Shown in pieces: positions 61,193 through 64,000 of a DNA stretch of 64,000 bases. A model generated the notes under the pieces. That model ran no database searches. It saw only the letters and a list, made by a program, of their open reading frames with translations, and was not told the DNA's origin. How positions within the stretch are numbered: position 1 is the stretch's first letter; each line of letters begins with the position of its first letter. The stretch comes from Tagaea sp. Its GTDB lineage: Bacteria; Pseudomonadota; Alphaproteobacteria; CACIAM-22H2. The stretch spans positions 192,001 through 256,000 of the forward strand of contig CBDIIB010000005.1 of NCBI GenBank assembly GCA_965279525.1, written 5' to 3'. The position numbers and the translations under genes were made by a program.

Positions 61193-62704
61193 ATGTCCGG
61201 AAATCTCCTGATCAGGCAGGCGCGAATCCTGACGATGGCCGAACCGCGCCATATCGACGCGGGCGACATCCTGATCCGCGACGGCATCGTGCGGGCGGTC
61301 GGATCGGTGCCGCCTGCTGAGATCCCGGCGGGCATCCGCACGATCGACGCCAAGGGCCGGCTTGCGATTCCGGGCCTGATCAATGCGCATGTCCATTCGC
61401 CCGGCAACCTGATGCGCGGCTGTCTGGACGGCTATCCGCTCGAGATCTTCATGCTTTACGAGGTGCCGCCGCTCGCCGAAGCGGCGCAGGCCGGGCGGCT
61501 CGCCTATCTGCGCACGGCCCTTGGCGCCATCGAGATGCTCAAGCTGGGCATCACGAGCGTGCTCGACGACGCGTTCTTCGTGCCGGGCGTGTCGCCGGAC
61601 GCGATCGACGCCGTGATGGCCGCCTATCGCGACAGCGGCATGCGCGCGACCGTGGCACTCGACCAGCCCAACGTCGTCGAGTACGAGAAGCAGCCCTTCC
61701 TTGCCGAGCTGATCCCGCCGGAGATCCGCCGCCGGATGGACGCGGCCCCGCGCCAGTCGGCGGACGAACTGATGGACTGCTATGCCCATCTGGTCGGCAC
61801 CTGGCACGGGGCCGCCGACGGCCGGCTTTCCGCCGCCGTGTCGTGTTCGGCACCGCACCGCGTCACGCCCGACTATTTCGCACGGCTGTCGGCGCTTTCG
61901 CGGACCCGCGACCTGCCCTTCTTCGTCCATATCCTCGAGACCAAGACCCAGCGCGTGTTCGGCGAGGAGAAGCTCGGCAAGTCGCTTGTGCGCCATGTCC
62001 ACGATCTCGGCCTGCTCGACGAGCGCATGCTCGTGATCCATGCGATCTGGGTCGACGACGGCGACATCGCCCTGCTCGCGAAATCCGGCTGCACGGTCGC
62101 GCACAACCCGGTCTGCAACCTGCGCCTGGGCAGCGGCATCATGCCGTTCCGTCGCCTGCGCGAGGCCGGCGTCAATCTCGCCCTTGGCACCGACGAGGCC
62201 ACCGTCGACGACACGCACAATCTCTGGCTTGCCGCCAAGACCGCCGGGCTCGTCCACAACATCACCCGCGACGACTACCGCGACTGGCCCAAGGCGCCGG
62301 AAATCCTCGACATGCTCCATGCCGGCGGGGCACGCGCGGCTCGCTCGAAGGTTCCGTTGGGCCAAATCGCGGTGGGTGCGGCAGGCGACATCGCCCTGCT
62401 CGATCTTGCGACAACCGCGTTCACGCCGCTCAACGACGTCGAACGCCAGCTCGTCTATTGCGAGACCGGTTCGTCGGTGCGCGACGTGATCGTCGCCGGC
62501 ACGCCGGTGGTCGAGAACGGCCGGCTGCTCACTCTCGACGAAGCGGCGATCCTTGCCGAGATCGCGGCACTGGCACCGAAGCTGGCGGGGGAAATGGCCG
62601 CCTTGCGCCGGGATGCGGCCGAACTCGAACCCTATTACCGGGCGCTCTACATGCGCGCGATGGACCGCGACGTCGGCCTTGCGCGACGCGGCGGCGAGGG
62701 TTAG
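61193..62704 (+). CDS. metal-dependent amidohydrolase (AtzA/MtaD/SsnA-like deaminase group)
   Basis: PGLINAHVH, HILET, IHAIW, HNPVCNLRLGSG and LGTD motifs. Confidence 0.9.
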   Translation: MSGNLLIRQARILTMAEPRHIDAGDILIRDGIVRAVGSVPPAEIPAGIRTIDAKGRLAIPGLINAHVHSPGNLMRGCLDGYPLEIFMLYEVPPLAEAAQAGRLAYLRTALGAIEMLKLGITSVLDDAFFVPGVSPDAIDAVMAAYRDSGMRATVALDQPNVVEYEKQPFLAELIPPEIRRRMDAAPRQSADELMDCYAHLVGTWHGAADGRLSAAVSCSAPHRVTPDYFARLSALSRTRDLPFFVHILETKTQRVFGEEKLGKSLVRHVHDLGLLDERMLVIHAIWVDDGDIALLAKSGCTVAHNPVCNLRLGSGIMPFRRLREAGVNLALGTDEATVDDTHNLWLAAKTAGLVHNITRDDYRDWPKAPEILDMLHAGGARAARSKVPLGQIAVGAAGDIALLDLATTAFTPLNDVERQLVYCETGSSVRDVIVAGTPVVENGRLLTLDEAAILAEIAALAPKLAGEMAALRRDAAELEPYYRALYMRAMDRDVGLARRGGEG

Positions 62705-63444
62705 TCGAGCGCGAACACGCGGCCCCAGTCGCGGATATGTGCGGTCTCCTGGTCCAGCAGGCGCAGCGCCTTCCACACGATGATCGAGGTCGCGTCGTAG
62801 AACGGGATGCCCGTCTCGGCTTCGATGCGCGAGGCGATGCAGGCGGTGGGGAAGTTCGTGCACCAGCCGATCAGCGCGTCCGGTTTTGCGGCTGCCGCAC
62901 GGCGCGCCATGTCGAGGATCGCGGGCAAAGGCATGCTTGCATAGTCGAGATTGTCGGCGATGCGCGCGTTCTCGCGCACGACGGTCTCGTAACCGAGCGC
63001 CGCGAAGTTCCGCTCCACCTTCGCCTGATAGGGATCGAGATAGGGTGTCACGAATCCCAGCCGGCGCGCGCCGGTGCGGGCCAGCACGTCGAGCATGGCG
63101 AACATCGAGCTCGTCGCCGGGCAGCCGGCAGTCTCCGCCAGCCGGCGCACGAGTTCGCGTTCGACGTCGATGCCGACCGACCCGCCCTTCGAGCCATTCC
63201 ACACGATCAGGTCCGGGCGGGCGTGGCCAAGCAGGCGGGCGGCTCCCAGCATCGAATCCCAGTCGTAGCTGTCCGGAAACGGATCGCTGGCGCCGAACAC
63301 GGCACTGCGCGAAAAGTGCGGCGACACGCCGGGCGCCTGCGCGAGGATCGCCAGCATGACGCGTTCGACCACCGTGTTGCCGGACGGCGTGACCGTCGCA
63401 AGGAAGCGGACGGGTCGCCCATAGTGTTCGATCGGATCGGCCAT
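62701..63444 (-). CDS. second maleate isomerase/arylmalonate decarboxylase family protein
   Basis: TPSGNTVVE, WNGSK, VTPY and WCTN motifs; GGAG upstream. Confidence 0.86.
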   Translation of the reverse strand: MADPIEHYGRPVRFLATVTPSGNTVVERVMLAILAQAPGVSPHFSRSAVFGASDPFPDSYDWDSMLGAARLLGHARPDLIVWNGSKGGSVGIDVERELVRRLAETAGCPATSSMFAMLDVLARTGARRLGFVTPYLDPYQAKVERNFAALGYETVVRENARIADNLDYASMPLPAILDMARRAAAAKPDALIGWCTNFPTACIASRIEAETGIPFYDATSIIVWKALRLLDQETAHIRDWGRVFALD

Positions 63445-63529
63445 TCCACTCCCCGGATTTCGCGCCGGATTCCGGTCGCGGCACCGCCGGATCGGCGCTA
63501 GGCTTGCGGCGCTGCGGGCCGGAAGTTGC

Positions 63530-63545
63530 AGCATGGAGCGTGCCA
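63530..63545 (-). promoter_or_regulatory. sigma54 (-24/-12) promoter
   Basis: TGGCACGCTCCATGCT on the minus strand (TGGCACG, GG-N10-GC), about 85 nt upstream of ATG 63444. Confidence 0.55.
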
Positions 63546-63663
63546 TGCCGTCCGATACCGCGCGCCGAATCTATCGGATGCCGCCTGCCGCCCGCGAAAC
63601 GGGCAAACGGCGCAGAAAAAGGCATTCGTATCTTCCAACATCGTCCAACCGCCGGGAACCGCC

Positions 63664-64000
63664 ATGCGCCTGCTGCTCGTCAATTCCAACACCTCCGAGT
63701 TCGTCACCGGCAAGGTCGCCGAAGCGGCACGCGCGGTCGCCGCACCGGGTACCGAGATCCGCGCGGTCACCGGCACGTTCGGTGCCCGCATCATCGGGTC
63801 GCGCAGCGAGAACGCGATCGCCATGCATTCGACGATGGCGCTCGTCGCCGAGCATGCGGGCGACTGCGACGGCGTGCTGATCGCCGTCTCCTACGACACG
63901 GGTGCGGATGCCGCGCGCGAATTCCTGCCGATCCCGGTGCTCGGCATGACCGAAGCGGCCCTTCACGTCGCCCTGCTGGCCGGCAAGCGCGTGGGCGTCA
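63664..64000 (+). CDS. hydantoin/Asp/Glu racemase family protein (partial, runs off window)
   Basis: Manual translation: MRLLLVNSNTSEFVT...DGVLIAVSYDTGADAAREFLPIPVLGMTEAA. Confidence 0.85.
   Translation, partial: MRLLLVNSNTSEFVTGKVAEAARAVAAPGTEIRAVTGTFGARIIGSRSENAIAMHSTMALVAEHAGDCDGVLIAVSYDTGADAAREFLPIPVLGMTEAALHVALLAGKRVGV

Noticed and set aside
60386-63625. 1079-aa minus-strand ORF suggesting a large fusion
   Set aside because: Only the last 242 aa are the real gene; the rest is antisense to the amidohydrolase and off-frame to the second paralog.

Overview
GC-rich alphaproteobacterial chromosomal window, Rhodospirillales-like judging by gene content and order. A housekeeping backbone runs mtnP | petCBA | trmL-hemF | cca | DUF6111-Nudix-DUF1285 | MoxR-DUF58-BatA/DUF4159-GATase-like operon | K+/H+ antiporter | ispE-gmd-fcl | tRNA-Gln. 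Accessory blocks interrupt it: (i) a TerS-like HTH gene and an AT-richer helicase IV-like gene with an embedded nuclease-like domain, followed by LysE, a Mn-riboswitch-controlled TMEM165 exporter and a CHASE-PAS-GGDEF cyclase; (ii) an MCP-PilZ gene with an internal stop and a PAS protein; (iii) a Dpp/Ddp-like ABC transporter. Downstream of tRNA-Gln are mostly metabolic genes (Zn-ADH, GST, PhaZ, a tandem cupin behind a PhaR-like palindrome, IlvD/Edd dehydratase, ABC-F, anmK-murQ, MFS, dienelactone hydrolase, two MCPs). The window ends with an amidohydrolase flanked by three Asp/Glu-racemase-fold genes that lack the first catalytic Cys. hemF is frameshifted. I see no integrase, transposase or CRISPR array. 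All family assignments come from motif recognition, not database searches.
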